Origin: an uncultured Methanosarcinaceae archaeon | GTDB taxonomy: Archaea; Halobacteriota; Methanosarcinia; Methanosarcinales; Methanosarcinaceae | Assembly: GCA_963847185.1 (NCBI GenBank) | Contig: CAWJYV010000007.1 | Location: forward strand, 128,001-192,000 | Direction of reading: 5' to 3' | DNA: 64,000 nt | Shown: piece after piece, positions 1 to 8,761 of the stretch | How the letters are laid out: each line of letters opens with the position of its first letter | Numbering within the stretch: position 1 is the first letter of the stretch | Made by a program: the position numbers and the translations under genes | Notes under the pieces: generated by a model | The model's database searches: none | Seen by the model: only the letters and a program-made list of their open reading frames with translations | Told to the model about the DNA's origin: nothing

Positions 1-1561
1 CTGCAAGCTCTTTTCTGGTAAGGAGCGGCAGCACCGCAACCTGTACAGGAGCAACTGCACTTGAGAAATGCATGACAAGACGAGCTTCCTCTTCTCCTTC
101 AGCGTCGCTTCCTTCATTTTCTATGTCCTTTCCTTCTTTTCCAGTCTCAGACCCTTTTTCAGCTTCTTCTGTACCTTTAAGCCCGGATTCAGTTGCCTTC
201 TGAGCCACGTTCTCTTCATCATAGGCATGCTCCATGACACCGTAGAAGATCCTGTCAATACCATATGAAGGCTCAATTACGTGCGGAATAACGTTTTCTC
301 CGCTGACTTTTACGGTTTCTTCCGCAAAGCTAACCATGTCGGAACTGACAGTCAGTTCGTTTCCATCCACGGTAACTTTGATCTCATCCTTTGAGAGCTC
401 CTCTTCTGAAAGCTGTTTTAAGGCATCTGCGACAGCTTTTGCTTTGCCTTTAAAGACAGGACCTAGCTTGCCCATATTTGGCTTTACAGTAAAGCGGGTA
501 ACCATCTCTGGCTCATCGTATTCCACATAGACATAAAGCTCGGTCTTGCTGACTCTTGCATGGGCTTTGAGATCGTAATCAGTTCTATCTGCAATTCCCA
601 CGATCTCTACCCATCCAAAGCGGTCTGTCTCGATCTCGGCATCCCAGCAGTCGATTGCATAGTGTGCCATCTCATCCTTGAGATGCTGCCTGAACCTGAG
701 TTTTGCAGGGTTGACTCCCACCTTTGTCAGGAACTCGTTGGTAAGCGCGATATTGTAGCCCAAAATCTCGTGAGCAATGACTCCAGCTTTTACAGCATCC
801 TTTACAGTCATCCTGATAGATTCGCCTTTCTGCTGTGCTTCCTGTGAATAGAGCACAAGTTCCCTGTCAGCGAAACGTTCGAAGTTCGGATGCTTCTTGT
901 TCCTGGGGTCAACAAAGATCTCACATTCAGCCTGTGTGAACTCCCTGAGCCTGATAACGCCCTGCCTGGGAGCAATCTCGTTTCTGTAGGACTTCCCTAT
1001 CTGTACTGCTCCAAAAGGCAACTTATCCCTGTAAAAGCGGGACAATCTCTGGAAATCCACAAACATCCCCTGTGCCGTCTCCGGCCTGAGATACCCCTGT
1101 CTTCCAGTACCAGGCCCGATTATGGTCTTGAACATCAGGTTAAATTCATAGGCATCCCCGAATTTTCCTCCACACTCAGGACAGGTGATTCCTTTTTCTT
1201 TTATGACTTTTGTCAGGTCTTCAGCACTCAGGGTCCCTGCCGCATCCATTACATTTTCTACAAGGTGGTCAGCCCGAAATGCCTCTTTACAGTTCATGCA
1301 CTCACAAAGTGGATCAGAAAAACCTCCAACGTGCCCGGACGCAATAAATACGTCCTCAATTCCTATTGTCGGGCACTCAATCTCCATATGCCCTTCCTGA
1401 ATAACGTAAAATTCTCTCCAGATCTGCTCGATTCTTCTCTTCAGCGTGCTCCCAAGAGGCCCGTAATCATAAAATCCTCGGCTTCCGCCATAAAGCTCAA
1501 AGGAGTTCCACAAAAACCCCCGGCGTTTAGCCAGCTCGAATACCTTTTCGTACTTGTCCAT
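1..1561 (-). CDS. glyS: glycine--tRNA ligase (3' end runs off the window)
   Basis: Manual translation from ATG at 1561 gives MDKYEKVFELAKRRGFLWNSFELYGGSRGFYDYGPLG...; frame is consistent with ...VAPVQVAVLPLL at the window edge. Absent from the ORF track because there is no stop in the window. Confidence 0.93.
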   Translation of the reverse strand, partial: MDKYEKVFELAKRRGFLWNSFELYGGSRGFYDYGPLGSTLKRRIEQIWREFYVIQEGHMEIECPTIGIEDVFIASGHVGGFSDPLCECMNCKEAFRADHLVENVMDAAGTLSAEDLTKVIKEKGITCPECGGKFGDAYEFNLMFKTIIGPGTGRQGYLRPETAQGMFVDFQRLSRFYRDKLPFGAVQIGKSYRNEIAPRQGVIRLREFTQAECEIFVDPRNKKHPNFERFADRELVLYSQEAQQKGESIRMTVKDAVKAGVIAHEILGYNIALTNEFLTKVGVNPAKLRFRQHLKDEMAHYAIDCWDAEIETDRFGWVEIVGIADRTDYDLKAHARVSKTELYVYVEYDEPEMVTRFTVKPNMGKLGPVFKGKAKAVADALKQLSEEELSKDEIKVTVDGNELTVSSDMVSFAEETVKVSGENVIPHVIEPSYGIDRIFYGVMEHAYDEENVAQKATESGLKGTEEAEKGSETGKEGKDIENEGSDAEGEEEARLVMHFSSAVAPVQVAVLPLLTRKELA

Positions 1562-1793
1562 TTATTAATCCTCGTGAAATTGATTGGGAATATCAGATAA
1601 ATGTAAATTCTTGATTTGCCCGAAATATTAGATGGATAAAAGGGAATCATTATATTAAATTTGCACTGCTCTTCATCCGTGGAGGTTTTGTCTGAAGTTT
1701 TTCAAATTCCTCGTTCAGTACTTTGTAGACAGAATCAGAATTATTGAGCTTAACATAAAATTCAAGTATTGAAAACCATTAAATTAATGATAG

Positions 1794-2105
1794 ATGAGCA
1801 GTCTTTCCCCTATCTATCAAAAAAGTATTCAGGATCTAAAATTCCTCATTTTTGAAACTTTAAAAGAAGAAAGCGCTACTGTCATACTCTTTGGCTCTAG
1901 GGCCAGAGGGGACTTCAGTCGAGTTTCGGATATAGATATTGGTATCTTACCCGGGAAAAATTTTGACCGGAGAAAGCTGGTTTTTTTGAAAGAGAGAGTT
2001 GAAAATCTTAACATTCCTTATACAGTTGATATTGTAGATCTTTCCAAAGTTTCGGATGTTTTTAAAGAAAAAGCGTTGCGAGAAGGGGTTGTATGGAAAC
2101 ATTAA
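1794..2105 (+). CDS. minimal nucleotidyltransferase (MNT) antitoxin of a MNT-HEPN module
   Basis: FGSRARGD...SDIDI motif, 103 aa, overlaps the downstream HEPN gene. Confidence 0.85.
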   Translation: MSSLSPIYQKSIQDLKFLIFETLKEESATVILFGSRARGDFSRVSDIDIGILPGKNFDRRKLVFLKERVENLNIPYTVDIVDLSKVSDVFKEKALREGVVWKH

Positions 2106-2512
2106 AGCTTAGGGTCGAAACGGCCGAAAAAGCACTCAAAACTTTGAAGGCAATAACTGAAGAGCCTTATTCAGTAATAGTTAGGGATGCGGCTATTCAG
2201 AGGTTTGAGTATACTTCTGAAGCCTTCTGGAAAGTTGTTAAAAGCTACCTTGATATTCAGGAAGGAATTATCTGTAATTCTCCCAAGTCCTGTTTTGGAA
2301 GCTTTCAAGGTAGGTCTTCTTTCGGAGGAAGAAACTGTAAAAATCCTTGAGATGGTGGATGACAGAAATATCACATCTCATACCTACCACGAGGAAATAG
2401 CAGAAGAAATATATCGGCAGATAAAGGATTACTGGAAACTTATGGACGAGATTGCAGGCGGGTTATTGAAAAGATTGAGTCGGATGTTTGTAGCAGGCCG
2501 GCCGAAAAATAA
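2093..2512 (+). pseudogene. HEPN-domain toxin (HI0074 / nucleotidyltransferase substrate-binding family), frameshifted
   Basis: N-part RDAAIQRFEYTSEAFWK...SPKSCF (2093 frame) continues in another frame as EAFKVGLL...DRNITSHTYHEE (R-X4-H motif). Shift near 2295, probable second shift near 2458. Confidence 0.75.
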
Positions 2513-2585
2513 AAGTAAAGTTGTAAAAATCCTTTAGGGCTTTTTGGTCAGGATTTTCTTTAAGGATTTCCCTTATTTTTTTAAA

Positions 2586-3545
2586 TTACGTGGAAGAAAT
2601 TTCATGGTAAAGGTTCTCAACAAAACACCTTGAGAAGGAATCCGAAGCCCATTCAAGGTGCAGGACTGAAGCTCCTGCGTATTCTTTCATTTCAACTCTT
2701 ATCTGATGATAGCCGGCTGTAAGAGGTATTGCTGTCTCAGTTGTGGTTCTGGAATGCCTTATTGAAAAGGTCGGTTCTTTGATGACAGGTATGCCGTCGA
2801 TGTAAAGCTGCGCCCACTCATCTGAAGTCAGATAGAATGTATAGTTTGAATCCTGTTCTATTTTGATTAAACCTTCATAGGCGACGCTGAAATAGTCTCT
2901 TGTATTAAGGATGTTGTAAGGCCAGTCTTCAATATCACTTTCATAAAGACTGGAAGGTAAATACGAATCTTCTGCAAATCTTATCCTGGAATCTGTGCGA
3001 TTAACTGCAGTGCCGCTAAAAAACACATCCTGGTAGTAACAACCAGTAATTCCAGACTGGTATTTTGTAGCTGACTCATATCCGTTTGTAAAAGTTATTT
3101 CCTGGGTAAAGATTGGCTTCCGGGTTCTAAGGTCAATGACTTTAAAGGTGGCAGCATCTCCTGCATTTCTTGGAATCAAGTTTCCTTCTGTATCCTTCAG
3201 GAGTAGCAGTTTTTCGTCGCCCACTCCCAGAGACTCAAGATCCGACGCATCAACGAGATAATCCTTTCCTGCAATATTCAGGATTACCGCTGTTGTCGAA
3301 TCCTCAAACTCGATAAAATCCCCCCCTCTATGGTCGATTTTTAAGGTGGTGTTATTATATTCGCCAACTTTAAGGCTTGCAAGCGGGGCTGAAGCTAATT
3401 TATTTTCCTGTTCCCCTCCCAGTAAAGAAATAGCAATAACTGCTCCAATGAGAAAAACAATTACAAGCATAAGAACAGCCCCCATAACCGGGGCAAGTCC
3501 ATTTTTGTTTTCCAGTAGATCGCCCTGTCTCTTGCTCTGTCTCAT
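2586..3545 (-). CDS. archaeal type IV pilin-like protein with C-terminal PA14 domain
   Basis: Class III signal-like KNG/LAPVMGAVLMLVIVFLIGAVI; C-terminal GITGCYY...FSVAYEGLIKI..YTFYLTSDE...LTAGYHQIRVE matches the PA14 pattern. Confidence 0.8.
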   Translation of the reverse strand: MRQSKRQGDLLENKNGLAPVMGAVLMLVIVFLIGAVIAISLLGGEQENKLASAPLASLKVGEYNNTTLKIDHRGGDFIEFEDSTTAVILNIAGKDYLVDASDLESLGVGDEKLLLLKDTEGNLIPRNAGDAATFKVIDLRTRKPIFTQEITFTNGYESATKYQSGITGCYYQDVFFSGTAVNRTDSRIRFAEDSYLPSSLYESDIEDWPYNILNTRDYFSVAYEGLIKIEQDSNYTFYLTSDEWAQLYIDGIPVIKEPTFSIRHSRTTTETAIPLTAGYHQIRVEMKEYAGASVLHLEWASDSFSRCFVENLYHEISST

Positions 3546-4217
3546 ATCTACCCTTTAGACGAAATTTATTGACCATCAAAATGAAATTTTTGTAATTATA
3601 CTATCTATTTATGTGATCGTTTTGGATCTTATTTAGCTGAGTATAAACTTAACTTACATGAAAAATCAATTGCTATTAATGGATTTTACAAATTTTCTTA
3701 TAAATTTGAGTTTATGAAAACAGATTATATATATTTCAAATAAGATTATATACTTTTCTATTTTTCTGAACCTGTATTATAGCAAAGAAATCACACTAGG
3801 GAGCCAACAGGAGTGAATCGCATAAAAATCTACCGGAAGGTTGAAAGAAAAATAAAACTAAAATAAAAATAATGTTGTAAAAATTCTAGAATTTACTTTC
3901 GGTCCTGAAAACTTCCTTTTAACCTTTTTCTTGCTCTTTTAGGCTTTCTACGCTCCTTTCATGGTAGGGCACAGGAAACTGACTGATGAATTTTTCTGTT
4001 ATCCTATTCTTTTCAACCTTTAATTTAGATGTTCTATCCTGAATTTATTGTTTGCTCCATTTTGCTATTCATATTCGGGATTTCCATTAAGATTTATGAT
4101 TGACGTGTCAATAGGAGCGTCTGGATATTATTTAGGCATTCATATAAAATTCTCTTATACAAGCTCAACAACTTTTAATATCACAAGCTTCTAAAGTTAG
4201 AGTCGGTGGGGTAACTA

Positions 4218-4368
4218 AGGTATTTTCGCTATGGGGATACCTCTTTGAGATTACGTTGGATAGTGTATGCTATACAAGGGAACTTTCGAACATAGAGTTC
4301 TCCTGTTTGAGATACAGTTGGATTAGGTACGTATATCGGAGCATTTTCTACAGGAGATGCTTTGAGAT
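4218..4368 (+). repeat. three ~60-nt units, each a stem-loop followed by TTTGAGAT (candidate structured RNA leader)
   Basis: Hairpins start at 4218, 4278 and 4338. Stems rely on G-U pairs on the + strand. TTTGAGAT at 4244, 4306 and 4361. Confidence 0.65.
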
Positions 4369-4405
4369 AAACAGGTAGAATACATTATCAGTGGGGTTAG
4401 ATAAG

Positions 4406-4585
4406 ATGATATTAAAAAGACTAAAAGAAATCGTAAAAACCGCAATAGGAAAAACATTACATCAGGAAAAGCTTATAGAGATAGCTGACTGGCTCCATCA
4501 TCTGGAGTTTCTGGTAATAAAGGTGATGATGTTTGCTATAGGTGTTCATCACCTCTATGTGTATACAATGAAAACTGTATTTTGA
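4406..4585 (+). CDS. small 59-aa protein with hydrophobic, His-flanked C-terminal segment
   Basis: ATG 4406 preceded by GGGGT; MILKRLKEIVK...WLHHLEFLVIKVMMFAIGVHHLYVY. GTG 4391 is an alternative start. Confidence 0.5.
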   Translation: MILKRLKEIVKTAIGKTLHQEKLIEIADWLHHLEFLVIKVMMFAIGVHHLYVYTMKTVF

Positions 4586-4933
4586 GCTGAAAACTTCGAG
4601 TTTACAGTTTACATCATCTCCTTACTTCGCCTCCCTTAATTAGAACAGAACTATTTGCCACCAGAAGAATTGTTTTCGGGTCCAAATTGGGGAGAACCCG
4701 ATGGGGAGTGGCAATGATCAGTTTAACACTGGGAGGAAAGCAGCCAGTACATAATCCGATTAGGGTTATCCGTAAAAAGGAGATTGATTCATAGCCCTCA
4801 GGCTAAGAAAAGTCACATGCCAAAAAATCGAATACCCGATGACGTAATGCCCTTATTGACACCTCACCTCTTTCAAAAGTCCTCGGGTTAAAAGGATCTT
4901 TTTTAGGTTAAAAGATTCTTTTAAAAGATCCTT

Positions 4934-4970
4934 TTGGGAATGAAAGCGGTTAAAATACTTTCATTCCCAA
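4934..4970. terminator. inverted repeat, terminator-like
   Basis: TTGGGAATGAAAG-N11-CTTTCATTCCCAA perfect 13-bp stem between convergent units. Confidence 0.45.
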
Positions 4971-5141
4971 CTTCAAAAAAATAGGATTCAACAAAAGTCG
5001 GGAAATATCTCTGGAAATAAGATCCCCTTTTGGGGGTACTTTTTTCTTTTTTGCTATTATTGTTATTGTTATTGTTATTTTTTACTAATATTGTTTTTTT
5101 CCTTATCTTATTGTTTTGTCCTTAACTTTTCTTTTTTCTCT

Positions 5142-5726
5142 TCAGATAGGGACAATTGTCTTTCCGTATGCGTCGTTGAGCACTATTCCAAGGGCCGTAT
5201 ACAGGGCTGCAAGACCCATGATGAGGCCAACATAACCGGCTATGATGAGCAGGCCTGTGTTTCCGGTAGCGTTTACGATAGCCAGAAGTATGAACAGCAG
5301 GAACAGTGTCACGAATATGAACATTATTGCTTTGCTTCCCAGCTTCAGGGTAGCTATGAGCATAATGAAGGTGTAAACTCCCCAGAGGAAGAGATAGGAC
5401 GCAAGCGATATTGGCGTTGGAGCCTCAATCCAGCCAAGGGCGGGCATAAGTAAAAGGCCTGCAAGGGAGAACCAGAAAAGGCCAAATGCACAAAAAGCAG
5501 TGCCTCCAAACACACTACCCTTTTTCCATGCCATTAAGCCCGCAAATACCTGGGCAAACCCTCCAAGGAAAATTGCCATAGCCACGATCATCGAGTCAAC
5601 CGGGAAAAGTCCTATATAACTGAGACTTAACAGAACTGCTGAAAGGCCAAGCCCAGTGAATCCCAGAGGAGTCGGATTTGCTGTCTTGTCTTTTACATCT
5701 GTTATCGTTTCCTGTGCTTCTACCAT
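5142..5726 (-). CDS. satP: acetate uptake transporter, SatP/GPR1/FUN34/YaaH family
   Basis: ANPTPLGF N-terminal motif, FLGGFAQ and FGLFW motifs, six hydrophobic segments; start placed at ATG 5726 after GGGAGGGG. Confidence 0.85.
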   Translation of the reverse strand: MVEAQETITDVKDKTANPTPLGFTGLGLSAVLLSLSYIGLFPVDSMIVAMAIFLGGFAQVFAGLMAWKKGSVFGGTAFCAFGLFWFSLAGLLLMPALGWIEAPTPISLASYLFLWGVYTFIMLIATLKLGSKAIMFIFVTLFLLFILLAIVNATGNTGLLIIAGYVGLIMGLAALYTALGIVLNDAYGKTIVPI

Positions 5727-6066
5727 CAATACCCCTCCCCGGATTTCTCCGGATTTCCAAATACATTTATTTCTAATTTTTGATTCTTGATTATAACAGT
5801 CATTAGCAGCGTTCAAGGTTCGAAAAGACCTTTTCACGAATATCATGAAAGCAAAACATTGGGGATAGTGCCCTTAGCTACTCATTGTGTACCAAAGCCT
5901 GCCGGTTTATTCACCCCCGGAGATGAATTTTTATCTATAATTATATAGCTCTTTATATATTATTCTTGTTTTTATATTAATATTTAATAAAATGTTCTTT
6001 TCCGAGTCTTCATGCCTTGCAGTCCTTCCATTAATTTTAAATTATCCTGTAACTTATGGAAAGCTG

Positions 6067-6858
6067 ATGGCCCCAAAAATTCTTGTTACAAATGATGACG
6101 GTGTTTATTCCACAGGCTTGAAAGCTGCCTTTGACAGTGTTTCGGATCTTGGAGAAGTTACTATTTCGGCTCCGGCTGTTCAGCAGAGCGGGGTCGGGCG
6201 TTCGATCTCTATCTTTGAACCTCTCCGGATTACAAAGACAGATGTAGGTGGCATACCTGCTTATGCCGTTGGAGGTACTCCTACGGATTCGGTAATTCTT
6301 GGTATTTTCACGATTCTCAAGGAGATGCCTGACCTGGTGCTCTCCGGCTTTAACATCGGAGAGAATATAAGCACGGATACGATTACCACTTCAGGGACCA
6401 TCGGAGGAGCCCTTGAAGCTGCAAGTTATGGCGTTCCCGCAATTGCCGCTTCCATGCAGGTTCTTGATGAGGGACAGAAATTCGATGATCCAAGGGACTA
6501 CCATAGAGAGCGTTTTGAAGCAGGGATAAAAGTTGTAAACAGGGTTGCTCGAAATGTCCTCAAACATGGCATGCCTGAAAATGTGGATCTTCTGAACATC
6601 AATATACCCTATCATGCCGAAGAAGATACTCCTGTAGAAATAACCCGCCTGGCAAGAAAGGTCTTTAAAACTGACGTCGAAGAAAGGCGCGATCCCAGAG
6701 GTAGATCATATTACTGGATTGCAGGTGATCTGATACGGGAAGAAGAAGAAGGGACTGATGTACATACAATTATGCAGAAAGGGCATGTTTCAATAACTCC
6801 GATTTCCCTTGATTCTACTGCGAGAATAGAGTTTTCGGAGATTGAAAAGTATCTCTAA
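6067..6858 (+). CDS. surE: 5'/3'-nucleotidase SurE
   Basis: ILVTNDDG, GTPTDSV, SGFNIGEN and SGTIGGA motifs. Confidence 0.95.
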   Translation: MAPKILVTNDDGVYSTGLKAAFDSVSDLGEVTISAPAVQQSGVGRSISIFEPLRITKTDVGGIPAYAVGGTPTDSVILGIFTILKEMPDLVLSGFNIGENISTDTITTSGTIGGALEAASYGVPAIAASMQVLDEGQKFDDPRDYHRERFEAGIKVVNRVARNVLKHGMPENVDLLNINIPYHAEEDTPVEITRLARKVFKTDVEERRDPRGRSYYWIAGDLIREEEEGTDVHTIMQKGHVSITPISLDSTARIEFSEIEKYL

Positions 6859-7298
6859 AGGATATCAAAATATATCTATAAATCTTTTCAAAAAGTATGT
6901 TAGATATCTTTCAGTGTCTTTGAATTGTGAATCACTCTTTAATTTATAAATAACTCTAAAAAAGAAGACTTTATTTCGGAAAACATCAATTTTTTCCCGT
7001 CAATTTTTTTCTTTTCCCAGGAAAGTTTTTTGTTTATTCTTATTCTTTTATTTCATCCTTTTCAATGTGAATGGAAATCTCCTTCCATTTGCCATCGACG
7101 GTATGAAGAGTTTCGACCATTGCCTGAATAACATTACCTACAATTTTCTGGACAAACTCATTAATAGGAATTTTCCGCTCGTCTACTGAAAGTTCAATTT
7201 TCACTCTTTTCCCCCTTACTGTTGTATTTTCTTTTCATACTCTTTTCTATTCTTTTTGTATTTATTTTTGTATTTACTTTTGCATCACTTTTTTCCCA

Positions 7299-8288
7299 TT
7301 ACTTTTTATTTAGAATTTTAACAGGAATGTAGTAAGGTTTCCGTCGACTTACTGCAAGTCTGAGCAGCTTTTCTATATCTTCCGGACTTTTTGCTTCCCG
7401 AAAATCAACAAGATTCTCGTGCACAAGCAGGCAGGGCTTAAATTTTCCGTCCGCTGTTACTCTTAACCTGCTACAGTGGGCACAGAACTCCGAGTTGTCC
7501 ATAGGACGCACAAATTCTACCTCAACTCCATCGATAATATATTTTTTTCTGTGATGCAGGTGCCTGACTTTTACTTCACTTGCCTTTTCAGCCAGGCTTT
7601 TCTCAAGAGCCTTCGAATCAATCATGTACTTTGAAAGCTTCGGGTCGATATCCATAAGCTCTATTAATTGCAGGATAACTTTTCCCTTATATGGTCGGAT
7701 AAAGTTCATCATGGAATCTATTTCGTCATCATTTATCCCTTTCAGGAGCACCATATTCAGCTTTACAGGGATAAGTCCAGCTTCAACTGCGCTGTCAATA
7801 CCTTTAATTACTTTCTCAAGAGAGCCAGGTGGAGCTCCCGTAATCTCTTCGTATTTTTCAGAAACAAGAGTATCGAGGCTAATATTTACCCTGTCCAGCC
7901 CAGCAGCTTTCAGAGTTTTTGCTCGTTTCTCAAGCAGAATTCCGTTTGTTGTTGCAGATACTTCTTTAAGGGGAGGGAGGCAGGAAAGTATTTCTTCGAA
8001 ATCTTTCCGGAAAAGTGGTTCCCCTCCAGAGAATTTCACCTTGCGAATTCCAAATTTCGCAGCCTCTCTGACGATTCCGCAGATTAACTCAGGTTTCATC
8101 TCTTGTCCTACAGGATCCAGGCTGCAACAGTCTGCCCCTTCATTATGACAGTACATGCAGGATAGGTTACACCTATCTGTGATGGAGATCCGAAGCCCTG
8201 TAACTCTGCGCCCGTAAGGATCTACAAGAAATTTTTCAGGATTTTCTTCCTCAACTTCAGGGTTTTTTCCAGAATTTTTCTGTTTCAT
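7299..8288 (-). CDS. moaA: GTP 3',8-cyclase MoaA (radical SAM)
   Basis: LRISITDRCNLSCMYCH, FSGGEPL and FCAHCSRLRVTADGKFKPCL motifs. Confidence 0.93.
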   Translation of the reverse strand: MKQKNSGKNPEVEEENPEKFLVDPYGRRVTGLRISITDRCNLSCMYCHNEGADCCSLDPVGQEMKPELICGIVREAAKFGIRKVKFSGGEPLFRKDFEEILSCLPPLKEVSATTNGILLEKRAKTLKAAGLDRVNISLDTLVSEKYEEITGAPPGSLEKVIKGIDSAVEAGLIPVKLNMVLLKGINDDEIDSMMNFIRPYKGKVILQLIELMDIDPKLSKYMIDSKALEKSLAEKASEVKVRHLHHRKKYIIDGVEVEFVRPMDNSEFCAHCSRLRVTADGKFKPCLLVHENLVDFREAKSPEDIEKLLRLAVSRRKPYYIPVKILNKK

Positions 8289-8761
8289 GCTGGTTAAAGT
8301 CCCCTCTTTTACTATCATGTGATTTTCTATTTATTTCAATTCTGACGATTTTCTGACCTTTATTTTTCATATATATGTACGGGACACAAATATAATGTCA
8401 GTAATTTGTTTGTAAATTTTTCTTATTTTAAGTGGATGACATTTTTGAAAAGAGGCTCAATGTCGATATTGATATAAACAACATAATTATATTAAAATCA
8501 CAAACTAATCATATAAAGAAGTGCCGTCCGAATAAAGAATTCTTTTCTTCCGGCTTGTAAAACAAGAGCCCTATTTCTTGATGCTTTCCTTTGTATCATT
8601 AAAAAAGATAGGAGTTTTCACATTATTATATTTTTTAGTTAATTATTAAGACCTGAAAAAATTGTATGGAAAATAATAAACTTTAATCCCTTGTGCAGAG
8701 AGTATATAACTCTCCAACACATAGGTTATTTTTTGGTTTATTGATTACGTTTTTTCATTTT

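Noticed and set aside
68-1600. Several + strand ORFs (up to 236 aa)
   Set aside because: They are antisense shadows of glyS, which is open on the - strand but missing from the ORF track.
4218-4368. CRISPR mini-array interpretation of the 60-nt units
   Set aside because: The palindromic part is the variable part, conserved sequence is only ~8 nt, and there are no cas genes in the window.
4725-4750. GAGGAAAG resembling the RNase P RNA 5' conserved region
   Set aside because: It is not followed by the expected TCC/CTC context and I found no matching 3' P4 strand.
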